A stretch of DNA of 60,438 bases from an uncultured Traorella sp. (GCA_945919165.1 CAMEIZ010000001.1:1-60438); one strand, 5' to 3'; positions 1 through 9,741 are shown, counted from the first letter of the stretch. Program-made: numbers and translations. Notes: generated by a model from the letters alone, not told the origin.

Positions 1-462
1 TTCCTGAGCATAGCATTCTCCTGTAGTCATTTCACAATATACAATGGACAATCCAAACTGATGGTCAGCAATAGAAGCAATATACAGACTTTCTTTTTCA
101 TCGCCATTCTCATCCATCCATGTCCCCGGTGTTACTATTTTAATACATCCGCGCTGTACAATTTTTCCCGCTACTGGATCCTCTAACTGTTCAATAATTG
201 CTACTTTATATCCTTTTTGAGTTAAACGCTGTATATATCCACTGGCTGCATGATAAGGAATACCACACATTGGCACCTTTTCTTCAACACCTGCATTTCT
301 TCCAGTTAATACTAAATCTAATTCCTGACAAGCTATTTTCGCATCATCAAAGAACATCTCATAAAAATCTCCCAATCTATAAAATACAATACAATCCTGA
401 TACTTTTTCTTTTCTTCCAGATATTGCATCATCATGGGTGTATATTTCATTTCTTCGCTCAT
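1..462 (-). CDS. mutS: DNA mismatch repair protein MutS, N-terminal part (runs off window)
   Basis: Not in ORF track; manual translation MSEEMKYTPMMMQYL...FYRLGDFYEMFFDDA...PMCGIPYHA...IVTPGT (MutS domain I); GGAG RBS upstream. Confidence 0.95.
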   Translation of the reverse strand, partial: MSEEMKYTPMMMQYLEEKKKYQDCIVFYRLGDFYEMFFDDAKIACQELDLVLTGRNAGVEEKVPMCGIPYHAASGYIQRLTQKGYKVAIIEQLEDPVAGKIVQRGCIKIVTPGTWMDENGDEKESLYIASIADHQFGLSIVYCEMTTGECYAQE

Positions 463-535
463 AGATCTACTCCTAAACATCCTTATTATATCAAAATTCT
501 TCCTTTAAAAGTAGTATTACTTTACTGACTAAATA

Positions 536-572
536 AAAGACAGATCCACCGTTTTGATGAATCTATCTCTTT
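536..572 (-). terminator. Intrinsic terminator after the PTS EIICB-like gene
   Basis: Minus-strand hairpin AGATAGATTCATC-AAAAC-GGTGGATCTGTCT followed by TTTATTT. Confidence 0.65.
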
Positions 573-573
573 T

Positions 574-2172
574 CTAATTTTCTTTTTTTTGATTTTCTGC
601 TGATTCTTTAATCACAACTGCTTCAAATGTTTCAATTTCATTTTTCTTTTCCTGATCAATATATTCTTTGATCATAGTTGAGATATTTCCGATACGAATC
701 AGATAACCATTCTTGCTTTCTAACATCAAATAAGCTCCATATTGCCGTAAACCCTCATAATTTACTATTTCTCGATTTACAAATTTTACAGTAAGTTTAT
801 CAATAGTAGATTGGGTTTCAATGATGTTTTCTAATCCACCCAGTTTTTCAACGATATCTGCACAAATCTTATCTTTATCTACAACATTAAATAATCCAAA
901 TGCATATTTTTTGAAATAACGATTCGTTAAATAGTAAAAGATTATTGCTACAACAACTCCAATTGCAAGCAGCTTATAAACACTATTCGCTAGATATGGA
1001 TTTCTTAAATATTCTAATAAATCAAGACCACTGCCTGGATTTGCAAGAATCATTAATTCATTAAAATGATATCCAATAACAATATGGGAAATCTGAAGAA
1101 AAGCATACAGCAAACCAATAATGAATAAATAAAAGACATACAGCATTGGCGATAAAATTACCATTAATATTTCTGATGGGAATGGATTGCCGCATAAAAT
1201 TGATAAAGCAATGGCAATAATGAAGAAACCAAGATATCTTTTTCTATCATTTTTATCCGTTGTCAATTTAAAATAAGCCACATAATATGCCGGAATGATA
1301 AACAGATTAATGACATAGTAAGGTGTAATAAAAGTACCAGCTGTCAAGGAACTCATATCTGCTTCGCGCTGAGCTGTCCAAATAGCAACATCGCCTGAGA
1401 ATTTCAAACCAACATTATTCAGCCAACTTCCTCCCATATCGCTAAACCAGAATATTTCTCTTGGTATATCTAAAAGACCAAAAAGAGCACTTAATCTTTC
1501 TGAAATTCCATAAAGAAATAAATTAACAGGATTGGATATATCATTTGCAATCAATCCATAAAAAGCATTCATCCCCTGTATTACAAATGGCCAGATGTAA
1601 GCTAATGCTATTCCGCATAAAATACTTGTAACTGAACTCATAATACCTGCCATTGCATCATGATCCACAAAAGATGTTATCCCAAATATGGAATATTTTC
1701 TTGATCTCATATAGCAGTAATGTGTAATCACATATCCCAAAATATAGCTTAATATTCCTACATTATAGGGTGAACGTGTGGAAAAAAGCGTTCCATTTAT
1801 TTTATCGAAATCAATTGTTGTGAAATTGAAAATTGACTCATAAAAATATGAAGAAAACTCTGGATTTAAAAAGAAAACCATTGTAATATTGATAAGCACG
1901 ACAGATAGAACTCCAATAATTACGAGAATACTGGATTCATATCGATGTGATAATACCTGTACAAAAACCAGCATTGGAAACAGATAAATCACACTTGCTC
2001 CTATATAGCGTAAAAGTTCAAACAATTTTATTAATAATTGTTGATCAAGATGCCATAAAAACGCAACATTCTGATTCAATACTACCGTTCCTATTCCTAA
2101 AAGCAAAGTTCCAATAAAAAGAATTTTTAAAGGGAACTGCATAATTTCTAATAACGAATGCCATTTTGACAT
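574..2172 (-). CDS. Degenerate glucose-family PTS EIICB-like membrane protein
   Basis: Multi-TM EIIC layout (YGISERL, IFWF..GG) plus C-terminal EIIB (LGGLENI); catalytic motifs altered; start at MSKWH after GAGGTGG RBS. Confidence 0.75.
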   Translation of the reverse strand: MSKWHSLLEIMQFPLKILFIGTLLLGIGTVVLNQNVAFLWHLDQQLLIKLFELLRYIGASVIYLFPMLVFVQVLSHRYESSILVIIGVLSVVLINITMVFFLNPEFSSYFYESIFNFTTIDFDKINGTLFSTRSPYNVGILSYILGYVITHYCYMRSRKYSIFGITSFVDHDAMAGIMSSVTSILCGIALAYIWPFVIQGMNAFYGLIANDISNPVNLFLYGISERLSALFGLLDIPREIFWFSDMGGSWLNNVGLKFSGDVAIWTAQREADMSSLTAGTFITPYYVINLFIIPAYYVAYFKLTTDKNDRKRYLGFFIIAIALSILCGNPFPSEILMVILSPMLYVFYLFIIGLLYAFLQISHIVIGYHFNELMILANPGSGLDLLEYLRNPYLANSVYKLLAIGVVVAIIFYYLTNRYFKKYAFGLFNVVDKDKICADIVEKLGGLENIIETQSTIDKLTVKFVNREIVNYEGLRQYGAYLMLESKNGYLIRIGNISTMIKEYIDQEKKNEIETFEAVVIKESAENQKKEN

Positions 2173-2253
2173 ACTACCACCTCTCATATATAATAACATT
2201 AATGAGAGTTCAGTTCAAACACTCTAAGATTTTTTTGAAAAGGATGTGACAAC

Positions 2254-3465
2254 ATGCAAAAAAACCTCCATCGGGTTAAAGAACCTAAAAGATTTGATTT
2301 CATTCTTATTTCAATAGTATCGCTTCTTGTCTTATGCGGTCTTATTGCTATATATTCTTCTTTAAAACAACTTCCTGCTTTTCAGTCTGGTATAGTATTT
2401 ACTCAAATTCGTTGGATTCTCATTAGCTGTATTGCCATTGCCATCATCATGTATTTTGGAAATGATTCTTTATATGATTTTATTGAAATAGTTTACTGGA
2501 TCCTCTTTGCGCTTCTGGTGATTCTTTTTATCGATAAAATTCTCTATTCCTTTACTTATCGTCATCTTCCGGGTGGTTTAATTACCGATATTAAAGGTGC
2601 TGTTTCATGGTATAATCTGCCAGGTCTTGGAAGTCTTCAGCCTTCAGAATTTATGAAAATTGTCCTTGTTATTAAAACAGCTCTTATTATTAATGAACAT
2701 AATGAAAATAAAATAGAAGACAGTTATGAGGAAGATGTTGAGTTATTTAAAAAAGTTCTTAAACCATCTATTATTCCTCTATTATTAATTCTTTTTCAAC
2801 CGGATACTGGATTGTTTATCATTATCAGCATCAGCATTTTTGTAATGGTTTTATGTTCCGGTATTAAACGTGAATGGTTTATTTTCTTTTTTGGATTAAT
2901 TACTTTTTTCATTTTGCTATTCCTTTATTTATATTTCTTTCAACGTCCAATATTAAATATTTTCATACAAGATTACAAATTAAGTCGAATTGATGGCTGG
3001 TTTTATCCGGAACTTAGTGTTAAAGATCAAGGACATCAGCTTTATACTTCTCTATTAGCCTTAGGTTCTGCCGGCTTAAAAGGTGTTGGACTTCAGCCTA
3101 CTACTATTCAGTTATCTGAAGCTAATACTGATTTAATATTTGTTGTTTTCGGTCAGTCTTTTGGACTTATTGGATCTTTATTCTTATTATCTTTATGCTT
3201 TGCTCTTGATTTCAGAATTTATCAAATTATTATTCAATCAAAAAATATGGTTGAAAAATATATGATGTGTGGATTTTTAGGAATGCTTGTTTATCAACAG
3301 ATTCAAAATATTGGCATGCTGATTGGTCTTTTACCAATTACTGGTATTACCCTTCCTTTTGTGTCATATGGAGGAAGTTCACTTTTATCTTATTTTATTG
3401 CTTTAGGATTTATTCTAAATTCTTCAGCTAAAGCAAAAAAACTAAGCGACTATGTCTATGACTAG
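2254..3465 (+). CDS. FtsW/RodA/SpoVE (SEDS) peptidoglycan glycosyltransferase
   Basis: LQPSEFMK, QPDTG, EANTDLIF, LPITGITLPFVSYGGSS motifs. Confidence 0.93.
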   Translation: MQKNLHRVKEPKRFDFILISIVSLLVLCGLIAIYSSLKQLPAFQSGIVFTQIRWILISCIAIAIIMYFGNDSLYDFIEIVYWILFALLVILFIDKILYSFTYRHLPGGLITDIKGAVSWYNLPGLGSLQPSEFMKIVLVIKTALIINEHNENKIEDSYEEDVELFKKVLKPSIIPLLLILFQPDTGLFIIISISIFVMVLCSGIKREWFIFFFGLITFFILLFLYLYFFQRPILNIFIQDYKLSRIDGWFYPELSVKDQGHQLYTSLLALGSAGLKGVGLQPTTIQLSEANTDLIFVVFGQSFGLIGSLFLLSLCFALDFRIYQIIIQSKNMVEKYMMCGFLGMLVYQQIQNIGMLIGLLPITGITLPFVSYGGSSLLSYFIALGFILNSSAKAKKLSDYVYD

Positions 3466-3471
3466 TCGCTT

Positions 3472-4248
3472 TTAGTATAAATCTTTTAAACGTTCTACAT
3501 AATTAATTTCACGATATTTTGCAAAACGAATCGTATTATCACTTAATTTTACTTTTATTTTTGATTTTTTTCCTAATGGGATATGTTTCTGATCATAGCA
3601 AAGAAAAGCACCTTCAAAACTATTGCTTTGGAATTCAATTACTCTTTCAGGTTTCAATATATAAGGAACTCCAAGAGAGCGATACTTTTGATGATGTATT
3701 CCAGTAATTTCATGCATCTGCAATAGATCAAGTCCTTCTTCAATTACAGCACCCTTCAATGATCGATTATAAGCCGTTGAACCTAATTGTGTACACACAC
3801 ACATTCCTGTCCCTCTAAATGTTTCAAGATAAACACCATCGATATAAACATCTAATAATTGAGTTTGGATCACATTTTCAATTCTCATTTCATTAACTGC
3901 AAAATATTTCTGATCATCATATTCAATCTCAAGTAATGGAACACTGCGTATTTTAGCTTTTTTAGTTAATACATCCTGAATACATAAATTCAATTCCTCT
4001 GCGGTATAATCTGTAAAAAAGCCTAATGTACCTGTATGAATTGCTAGAAATGAACATCTGTTAATTATTTCCAAATATTGATGAACAGCATGAAGAAAAG
4101 TACCATCTCCTCCAATACAAAAAATTAGTTCAGGATTTTTATTGTCATTGATCCATTTATTTTTTATGAGTGAAGCTGTTAATTTCTTGCTGATTATTTC
4201 TGAAATTTCATCTTTTCTTGAAACAATTGCGAATTTATTCATTTTCAT
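3472..4248 (-). CDS. nadK: NAD kinase
   Basis: GGDGT, GTLGFF, NE, GSTAYNRS motifs. Confidence 0.93.
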   Translation of the reverse strand: MKMNKFAIVSRKDEISEIISKKLTASLIKNKWINDNKNPELIFCIGGDGTFLHAVHQYLEIINRCSFLAIHTGTLGFFTDYTAEELNLCIQDVLTKKAKIRSVPLLEIEYDDQKYFAVNEMRIENVIQTQLLDVYIDGVYLETFRGTGMCVCTQLGSTAYNRSLKGAVIEEGLDLLQMHEITGIHHQKYRSLGVPYILKPERVIEFQSNSFEGAFLCYDQKHIPLGKKSKIKVKLSDNTIRFAKYREINYVERLKDLY

Positions 4249-4296
4249 CTTCCTTTTCTTTATTACCTATTGTATCATAATTGTCAGGTGATTCAT

Positions 4297-4842
4297 ATGA
4301 TAAATAACTTAGAGATTGAATACAAGATTTTAGTAACAAAGCAGCAATTTGATTTGCTTTCTTCTTTTTATCCAGATAAAACTTTTATCAAACAAATTAA
4401 TACCTATTATGATACTAAATCTTCTGAATTAAGGAATCAACATTGTGCTATGCGAATTCGAGAAAAAGAAAATACTTTTCTTATCACTCTTAAAACACCT
4501 GCTTCTAATGGTCATCATGAATTTGAGACTTTTGTCAGTGAAAACAGTTCAAAAATGTTTTATGAATCTGAAATTTCAAATATCCTAAAACAGTTTCATC
4601 TTCAGGATGCCATTATCCCAATCGGAACTTGTACAACATACCGTGCTGTTGTAAGAAATGAACTTGCTGAATTGTGTTTCGATATAAATGAATATAATGG
4701 TATCACTGATTATGAAATTGAATATGAACAATTAACTGACCACGATGGTATAACAGAATTTAATAAAATACTTTCAAAAATTCAATTGAATTATACTCAA
4801 AACTGTAAAAGTAAATTTAGAAGGACTCTTGAAACAAAATGA
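4297..4842 (+). CDS. CYTH domain protein (YjbK-like)
   Basis: EIEYK, QINTYYDT, RIR, TLK, YEIEYE motifs; next to nadK as in other Firmicutes. Confidence 0.88.
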   Translation: MINNLEIEYKILVTKQQFDLLSSFYPDKTFIKQINTYYDTKSSELRNQHCAMRIREKENTFLITLKTPASNGHHEFETFVSENSSKMFYESEISNILKQFHLQDAIIPIGTCTTYRAVVRNELAELCFDINEYNGITDYEIEYEQLTDHDGITEFNKILSKIQLNYTQNCKSKFRRTLETK

Positions 4843-5108
4843 AGATTTTAACTTGTTATTTACTTATTCTTAATTTTCTATCTTTTATTCTTATGATGAT
4901 AGACAAGAAACGAGCTATTCATCATAAATGGAGAATTTCTGAGAAAGCTTTATTCTTTTGTGCTTTTCTTGGCGGCAGTTTAGGAATTGGTTTAGGAATG
5001 CTTCTTTTTCATCACAAAACTAAGAAATGGTATTTCATTTTAGGTATTCCTATTTTATTTATTACAAATCTTATCTTTCTTTATTTAATTTTACAAATAA
5101 ATTTTTAA
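4839..5108 (+). CDS. DUF1294 family small membrane protein
   Basis: DKKRA..KWRISE, GGSLG, HHKTKK. Confidence 0.88.
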   Translation: MKILTCYLLILNFLSFILMMIDKKRAIHHKWRISEKALFFCAFLGGSLGIGLGMLLFHHKTKKWYFILGIPILFITNLIFLYLILQINF

Positions 5109-5112
5109 AAAA

Positions 5113-5180
5113 GAAGTAGTCTATGTAGTAATCTCTTAAAGTTGAATCAACTTTTTGAGGTTCACTGCATTTTCTACTTC
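5113..5180. repeat. Long imperfect palindrome resembling two joined IS3-type ends; probable bidirectional terminator
   Basis: ATGTAGTAATCTCTTAAAGTTGA-A-TCAACTTTTTGAGGTTCACTGCAT, flanked by GAAGTAG/CTACTTC, between convergent genes. Confidence 0.55.
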
Positions 5181-5767
5181 ATTTTTTTTCTGTTTTCCAG
5201 TGCTTTAATTAATGTTAATTCATCTGCATAGTCCAGATGTCCACCCATTGGCAAACCATGAGCAATTCGAGTGATATTTACATTTTTACTTTCAAGCAAT
5301 TTTGAAAGATACAATGCTGTTGTTTCTCCTTCTACTGTTGGATTATTCGCTAAAATAATTTCTTTTACTGAATCGTCACATCGATTGATCAATCCATCTA
5401 TTTGAATATCTTCCGGAAGTACCCCTTTTGAAGGTGAAATTGCTCCGCCAAGAACATGATATACTCCTTTATATTCTTGAGTTTTTTCCATTGCTATTAA
5501 ATCTTGAATCTGTTCAACTACACATATAGTTGTTGTATCACGAGTTTCATCACGACAAATTTCACACAAATCGCCTTCAGCCAGATTACCACATATCTTA
5601 CAGGTATGTATATTTTTCTTTGCTTTCTCACATACTGATAAAAACTCATCTATTTCATTTTGATTCCAATTTAAAAATTCAAAAGCATAGCGTTCTGCTG
5701 TTTTCACTCCCACTCCAGGAAATTTACGAAAACATTCTACCAGCGCTTCAAATAAAGCGGGATACAT
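5174..5767 (-). CDS. recR: Recombination protein RecR
   Basis: PGVGVKTAER HhH, CKIC..CEIC zinc finger, TOPRIM (NPTVEGETTA), LDYADELTL. Confidence 0.97.
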   Translation of the reverse strand: MYPALFEALVECFRKFPGVGVKTAERYAFEFLNWNQNEIDEFLSVCEKAKKNIHTCKICGNLAEGDLCEICRDETRDTTTICVVEQIQDLIAMEKTQEYKGVYHVLGGAISPSKGVLPEDIQIDGLINRCDDSVKEIILANNPTVEGETTALYLSKLLESKNVNITRIAHGLPMGGHLDYADELTLIKALENRKKMK

Positions 5768-6057
5768 TAGAACATACCTGGCATTTTTACCCCGCCAGTT
5801 AATTTACTCATTACTTGATCATGTTCTTCTTTCACTGATTCGATTACTTTATTGATGGTAACTGCAATCATATCTTGAAGCATTTCCTTATCATCTTCTT
5901 TTTTAATTTCAATTGAGTTTACATGATAAGCGCCATCCATTTCAATTTTCACAAAATCATTTTCTTCAACATATATTTTCTGTTCTAATTCTTTTTCGTT
6001 TTTTACAATCTCTGATTGCATTTTCTGAGCCTGTTTTAATAATGCTTGTACATTCAT
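5767..6057 (-). CDS. ebfC: YbaB/EbfC nucleoid-associated protein
   Basis: LLKQAQKMQ, EMLQDMI; position between dnaX and recR. Confidence 0.92.
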   Translation of the reverse strand: MNVQALLKQAQKMQSEIVKNEKELEQKIYVEENDFVKIEMDGAYHVNSIEIKKEDDKEMLQDMIAVTINKVIESVKEEHDQVMSKLTGGVKMPGMF

Positions 6058-6058
6058 T

Positions 6059-7705
6059 TTAATTCTCCTTTATATCGATATTTTCTTCTCCAAATAGCTT
6101 TTTAACTAAATCAAGACTGCTTTTTTCTGTGCTTATTTCTGCTGCTGATGGAAGTGTACCTTCTTTTTGACGAATCCTGAATACTGCTACAATTTGAGTG
6201 TTTTCATCTTCTGTCAACGCATATATTTTTTTCTTTTTCAAAAGAAGTACTTCCATGAATTCAATGAATCCACCCTGAGCATCCTGTTCATTGATTTCAT
6301 TTGCAATTGCTTCATTGTTCACTGCAACAACTATATATTGATTGCTGCTGGCAATCAATTTACTTTCTCTTAGCAGATTTGCATATCTTGCCCAAGTTGG
6401 ATTTAAATAATAGTTTGCTAATGTTTTAAATTTTACTAAATCTTTATTCTTTTCTTCTTTAGTTGCTCCAACCAATAAAGATAGTATAAATTCTTGGTCT
6501 AACTTTTTAATTATTCTTAATTCCTGTGTTTGAGCATTTTCTATTTTTATTTTCTCTGTCTGTTCAGGTTCTTTTATTTTTTTATCTACTTTTATTGATT
6601 CTTTTAATGTTTCACGTGAAACATATTCATTCTCTATTGACATCATATTCAATAAACAAACTTCAAAATAAGAATTTACATTCGAAGCAAAACGATATTT
6701 ATCGTAAGTTTCAATTAGTTGTTCAATCATCTTAAGTCTTTTCTTTGTAGATAAACCTAATTTAGAAACTTCTACTTCTTTTTCATTAAGTGTAGTCAAT
6801 AAAGATGCGCTTTTTGTATAATCATGAATAACACTTTCTTTTAGTATTTCAATCAAATCACTTGTACATCTTTTAATATCAATTCCTTTTTCAACAAATT
6901 GATTTACTTTATTTATACATTCGCTTGCTTTTTTTTCACTTACTAACTGAAGAAGTTCGATTTTCTCTTGAACTGATACAACTCCGTAAATCGCATGAAC
7001 TGCTTCTAAATTGATTGAATTTTGAGAATATGCTATTACCTGATCAAGTATACTTAACGCATCTCTCATACCTCCATCAGCAAGTTGACAAATAAGACGT
7101 ATTGCATCTTCTTCATAATCAATTTTTTCTTGATTCAAAACTAATTTTAAGCGAGAGATCATATCTGAAATACTAACTTTCGTAAAATCATATCGTTGAC
7201 ATCTTGAAATAATTGTAGGCAATACTTTTTGAGGTTCAGTTGTAGCAAAAATAAAAATAACATGAGCCGGTGGTTCTTCTATAGTTTTTAACAAAGCATT
7301 AAAAGCTCCTGTTGACATCATGTGCACTTCATCAATGATATATACCTTATATTTTCCATTCATGGGTGCATATTTTACTTTTTCAATTAAATCACGGACT
7401 TCATCAACACCATTATTACTAGCAGCATCAATTTCAATAATATCTGGATGACTGCCATTTTGTATAGCTATACAGTTTGAACATATTCCGCAAGGAATTT
7501 TTTCATGACTTTCACAATTGATCATTTTTGCAAATATTTTTGCAATTGTTGTCTTTCCTGTACCTCTTGGGCCACAAAAAAGATAAGCATGAGCAATTCT
7601 ATTCTGAATGACTGCATTTTTTAATGTTTTTACGATATGTTTCTGCCCTGCGACATCATCAAACGAAGTAGGTCTATATTTTCGATATAGTGCAATATAA
7701 GACAT
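6059..7705 (-). CDS. dnaX: DNA polymerase III subunit gamma/tau
   Basis: ALYRKYRP, GPRGTGKT, EIDAASNNGVD, IIDEVHM, SRCQ. Confidence 0.97.
   Translation of the reverse strand: MSYIALYRKYRPTSFDDVAGQKHIVKTLKNAVIQNRIAHAYLFCGPRGTGKTTIAKIFAKMINCESHEKIPCGICSNCIAIQNGSHPDIIEIDAASNNGVDEVRDLIEKVKYAPMNGKYKVYIIDEVHMMSTGAFNALLKTIEEPPAHVIFIFATTEPQKVLPTIISRCQRYDFTKVSISDMISRLKLVLNQEKIDYEEDAIRLICQLADGGMRDALSILDQVIAYSQNSINLEAVHAIYGVVSVQEKIELLQLVSEKKASECINKVNQFVEKGIDIKRCTSDLIEILKESVIHDYTKSASLLTTLNEKEVEVSKLGLSTKKRLKMIEQLIETYDKYRFASNVNSYFEVCLLNMMSIENEYVSRETLKESIKVDKKIKEPEQTEKIKIENAQTQELRIIKKLDQEFILSLLVGATKEEKNKDLVKFKTLANYYLNPTWARYANLLRESKLIASSNQYIVVAVNNEAIANEINEQDAQGGFIEFMEVLLLKKKKIYALTEDENTQIVAVFRIRQKEGTLPSAAEISTEKSSLDLVKKLFGEENIDIKEN
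6608..6623. promoter_or_regulatory. parS site inside dnaX
   Basis: Perfect palindrome TGTTTCACGTGAAACA matching TGTTNCACGTGAAACA. Confidence 0.9.
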
Positions 7706-7748
7706 ACAACACCTGCTTTCTGTTAGTTATTATATCATTATTCATAGT

Positions 7749-8192
7749 CTATTTCATTCTTTTTTGTCGAAAAAACTCCTTTAAAATCTCTGAACATTTA
7801 TCATCGATCATTGCTTCTGTTTGTGGATAATGATTATATCCTTTGTGCTCGTACATATTCATACAGGAACAAATTGAACCGCCCTTCGGATCCAAAGCAC
7901 CATAATAAATCTTTTTAATTCTTGATTGAAGTATAGCTCCTGCACACATTGGACATGGTTCTAACGTAACATAGAGTTCACAGTTATCCAATCTCCATGA
8001 GTTTAATTTTTTACAAGCTTTTTCAATAGCTAAAATTTCAGCATGAGCTGTAGATCTTTGTTTTGATTCTCTTAGATTATGGGCTCTGGAGATAATTTTT
8101 CCATCATATACTATAACAGCACCAATAGGTACTTCATCTTTTAATTTTGCTTTTACAGCTTCTTTATATGCTTCTTTCATGTATTGATTCAT
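7749..8192 (-). CDS. tadA: tRNA adenosine(34) deaminase
   Basis: EVPIGAV, HAE, EPCPMC; start moved to MNQYM (AGGTGA RBS) because the longer ORF overlaps the SRP RNA. Confidence 0.93.
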   Translation of the reverse strand: MNQYMKEAYKEAVKAKLKDEVPIGAVIVYDGKIISRAHNLRESKQRSTAHAEILAIEKACKKLNSWRLDNCELYVTLEPCPMCAGAILQSRIKKIYYGALDPKGGSICSCMNMYEHKGYNHYPQTEAMIDDKCSEILKEFFRQKRMK

Positions 8193-8207
8193 TTTGTCAC
8201 CTATAAT

Positions 8208-8293
8208 AAAAGCTACCACACATGATAGAGCTGCCTTATGGCTGCTTCGTTCCCGACCTGACCAGGTTCAACAGATATCATTGTGATAGCTTT
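8208..8293 (-). ncRNA. ffs: Small (4.5S-type) signal recognition particle RNA
   Basis: Helix 8 GTCAGGTCG-GGAA-CGAAGCAGC; closing stem AAAGCTATCACA/TGTGGTAGCTTT; TTGTAT-17-TATAAT promoter upstream. Confidence 0.93.
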
Positions 8294-8406
8294 ATTATTA
8301 TAGCATAAATTTTATATCTGATACAACAGTTTTTTATAATTCAAAAAGATACAACTAGATCATGATTCAAAGTTTCATTTTTAACAAAAAAAATATATTT
8401 ATTAAT

Positions 8407-8435
8407 AAAAAAAAGTGAAGGTAAGTTCACTTTTC
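8407..8435 (-). terminator. serS intrinsic terminator
   Basis: AAAAGTGAA-CTTACC-TTCACTTTT plus T tract on minus strand. Confidence 0.65.
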
Positions 8436-8438
8436 TTA

Positions 8439-8454
8439 TGTTTCACGTGGAACA
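8439..8454. promoter_or_regulatory. parS site abutting the serS stop codon
   Basis: TGTTTCACGTGGAACA (reverse complement TGTTCCACGTGAAACA = consensus). Confidence 0.9.
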
Positions 8455-9741
8455 TTATTTTTTTTCGATTTTTTTCATTCCACCCATGTATGGTTGCAAT
8501 ACTTCAGGAATATTGACAGATCCATCAGCATTTAAATTATTTTCCAGGAATGCAATTAACATACGAGGAGGTGCTACAACAGTATTATTTAAAGTATGAG
8601 CAAAATATTTCTTACCATCTTTTCCATTTACTCGAATCTGAAGACGACGAGCTTGAGCATCTCCTAAATTTGAACAGCTTCCAACCTCAAAGTATTTCTT
8701 CTGACGAGGAGACCATGCTTCAACATCAACAGATTTTACTTTTAAATCAGCAAGATCTCCAGAACAGCATTCCAGCGTTCTTACAGGAATATCTAAAGAT
8801 CTAAATAAATCTACAGTGTTCTGCCACAATTTATCATACCACATATTAGATTCTTCTGGTTTACATACAACTACCATTTCTTGTTTTTCAAATTGATGAA
8901 TTCGATAAACACCTCTTTCTTCAATACCATGAGCTCCTTTTTCTTTTCTGAAACAAGGAGAATATGAAGTTAATGTGTAAGGTAATTTATCCTCATCCAG
9001 TATCTGATCAATAAATTTACCAATCATAGAGTGTTCACTTGTACCAATTAAGTATAAGTCTTCTCCTTCAATCTTATACATCATAGATTCCATTTCAGCA
9101 AAACTCATAACACCAGTAACAACGTTGCTTCGAATCATAAAAGGAGGAACACAATAAGTAAATCCACGATTAATCATAAAATCACGAGCATATGATATAA
9201 CTGCACTATGAAGTCTAGCAATATCACCCATTAAATAATAAAAGCCATTTCCTGCTACTCTTCTCGCACTGTCTAAATCAATTCCATGGAAAGATTCCAT
9301 TATATCCGTATGATAAGGAATTTCAAAATCAGGAATAACTGGTTCCCCAAAACGTTCAACTTCAACATTTTCACTATCATCTTTTCCAATTGGTACAGAT
9401 GGATCAATAATATTTGGAATCACCATCATGATTTCCTTAATTTTTTTAGCAAGTTCAACTTCTTTTTCTTCTAATTCTTGAAGTCTACCTGCAGCTTCAG
9501 TAACTCTTTTCTTAATATTTTCAGCTTCTTCTTTTTTACCTTGAGCCATTAATCCGCCAATCATTTTAGAAATTTTATTCTTTTCTGCACGTAAATCTTC
9601 AGCTTCTTGTTTTGTTTTTCTATTTTCTTTATCTAACTCAATTACTTCATCTACTAAAATCAGTTTTTGATCCTGAAATTTTTTTCGGATATTTTCCTTA
9701 ACAAGTTCTGGATTTTCTCGAATCAACTTAATATCAATCAT
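8455..9741 (-). CDS. serS: Seryl-tRNA synthetase
   Basis: N-terminal coiled coil, GTSE, CFRKE, RIHQFEKQE, HTLNNT. Confidence 0.97.
   Translation of the reverse strand: MIDIKLIRENPELVKENIRKKFQDQKLILVDEVIELDKENRKTKQEAEDLRAEKNKISKMIGGLMAQGKKEEAENIKKRVTEAAGRLQELEEKEVELAKKIKEIMMVIPNIIDPSVPIGKDDSENVEVERFGEPVIPDFEIPYHTDIMESFHGIDLDSARRVAGNGFYYLMGDIARLHSAVISYARDFMINRGFTYCVPPFMIRSNVVTGVMSFAEMESMMYKIEGEDLYLIGTSEHSMIGKFIDQILDEDKLPYTLTSYSPCFRKEKGAHGIEERGVYRIHQFEKQEMVVVCKPEESNMWYDKLWQNTVDLFRSLDIPVRTLECCSGDLADLKVKSVDVEAWSPRQKKYFEVGSCSNLGDAQARRLQIRVNGKDGKKYFAHTLNNTVVAPPRMLIAFLENNLNADGSVNIPEVLQPYMGGMKKIEKK

Noticed and set aside
198-464. 88-aa plus-strand ORF
   Set aside because: Antisense shadow of mutS
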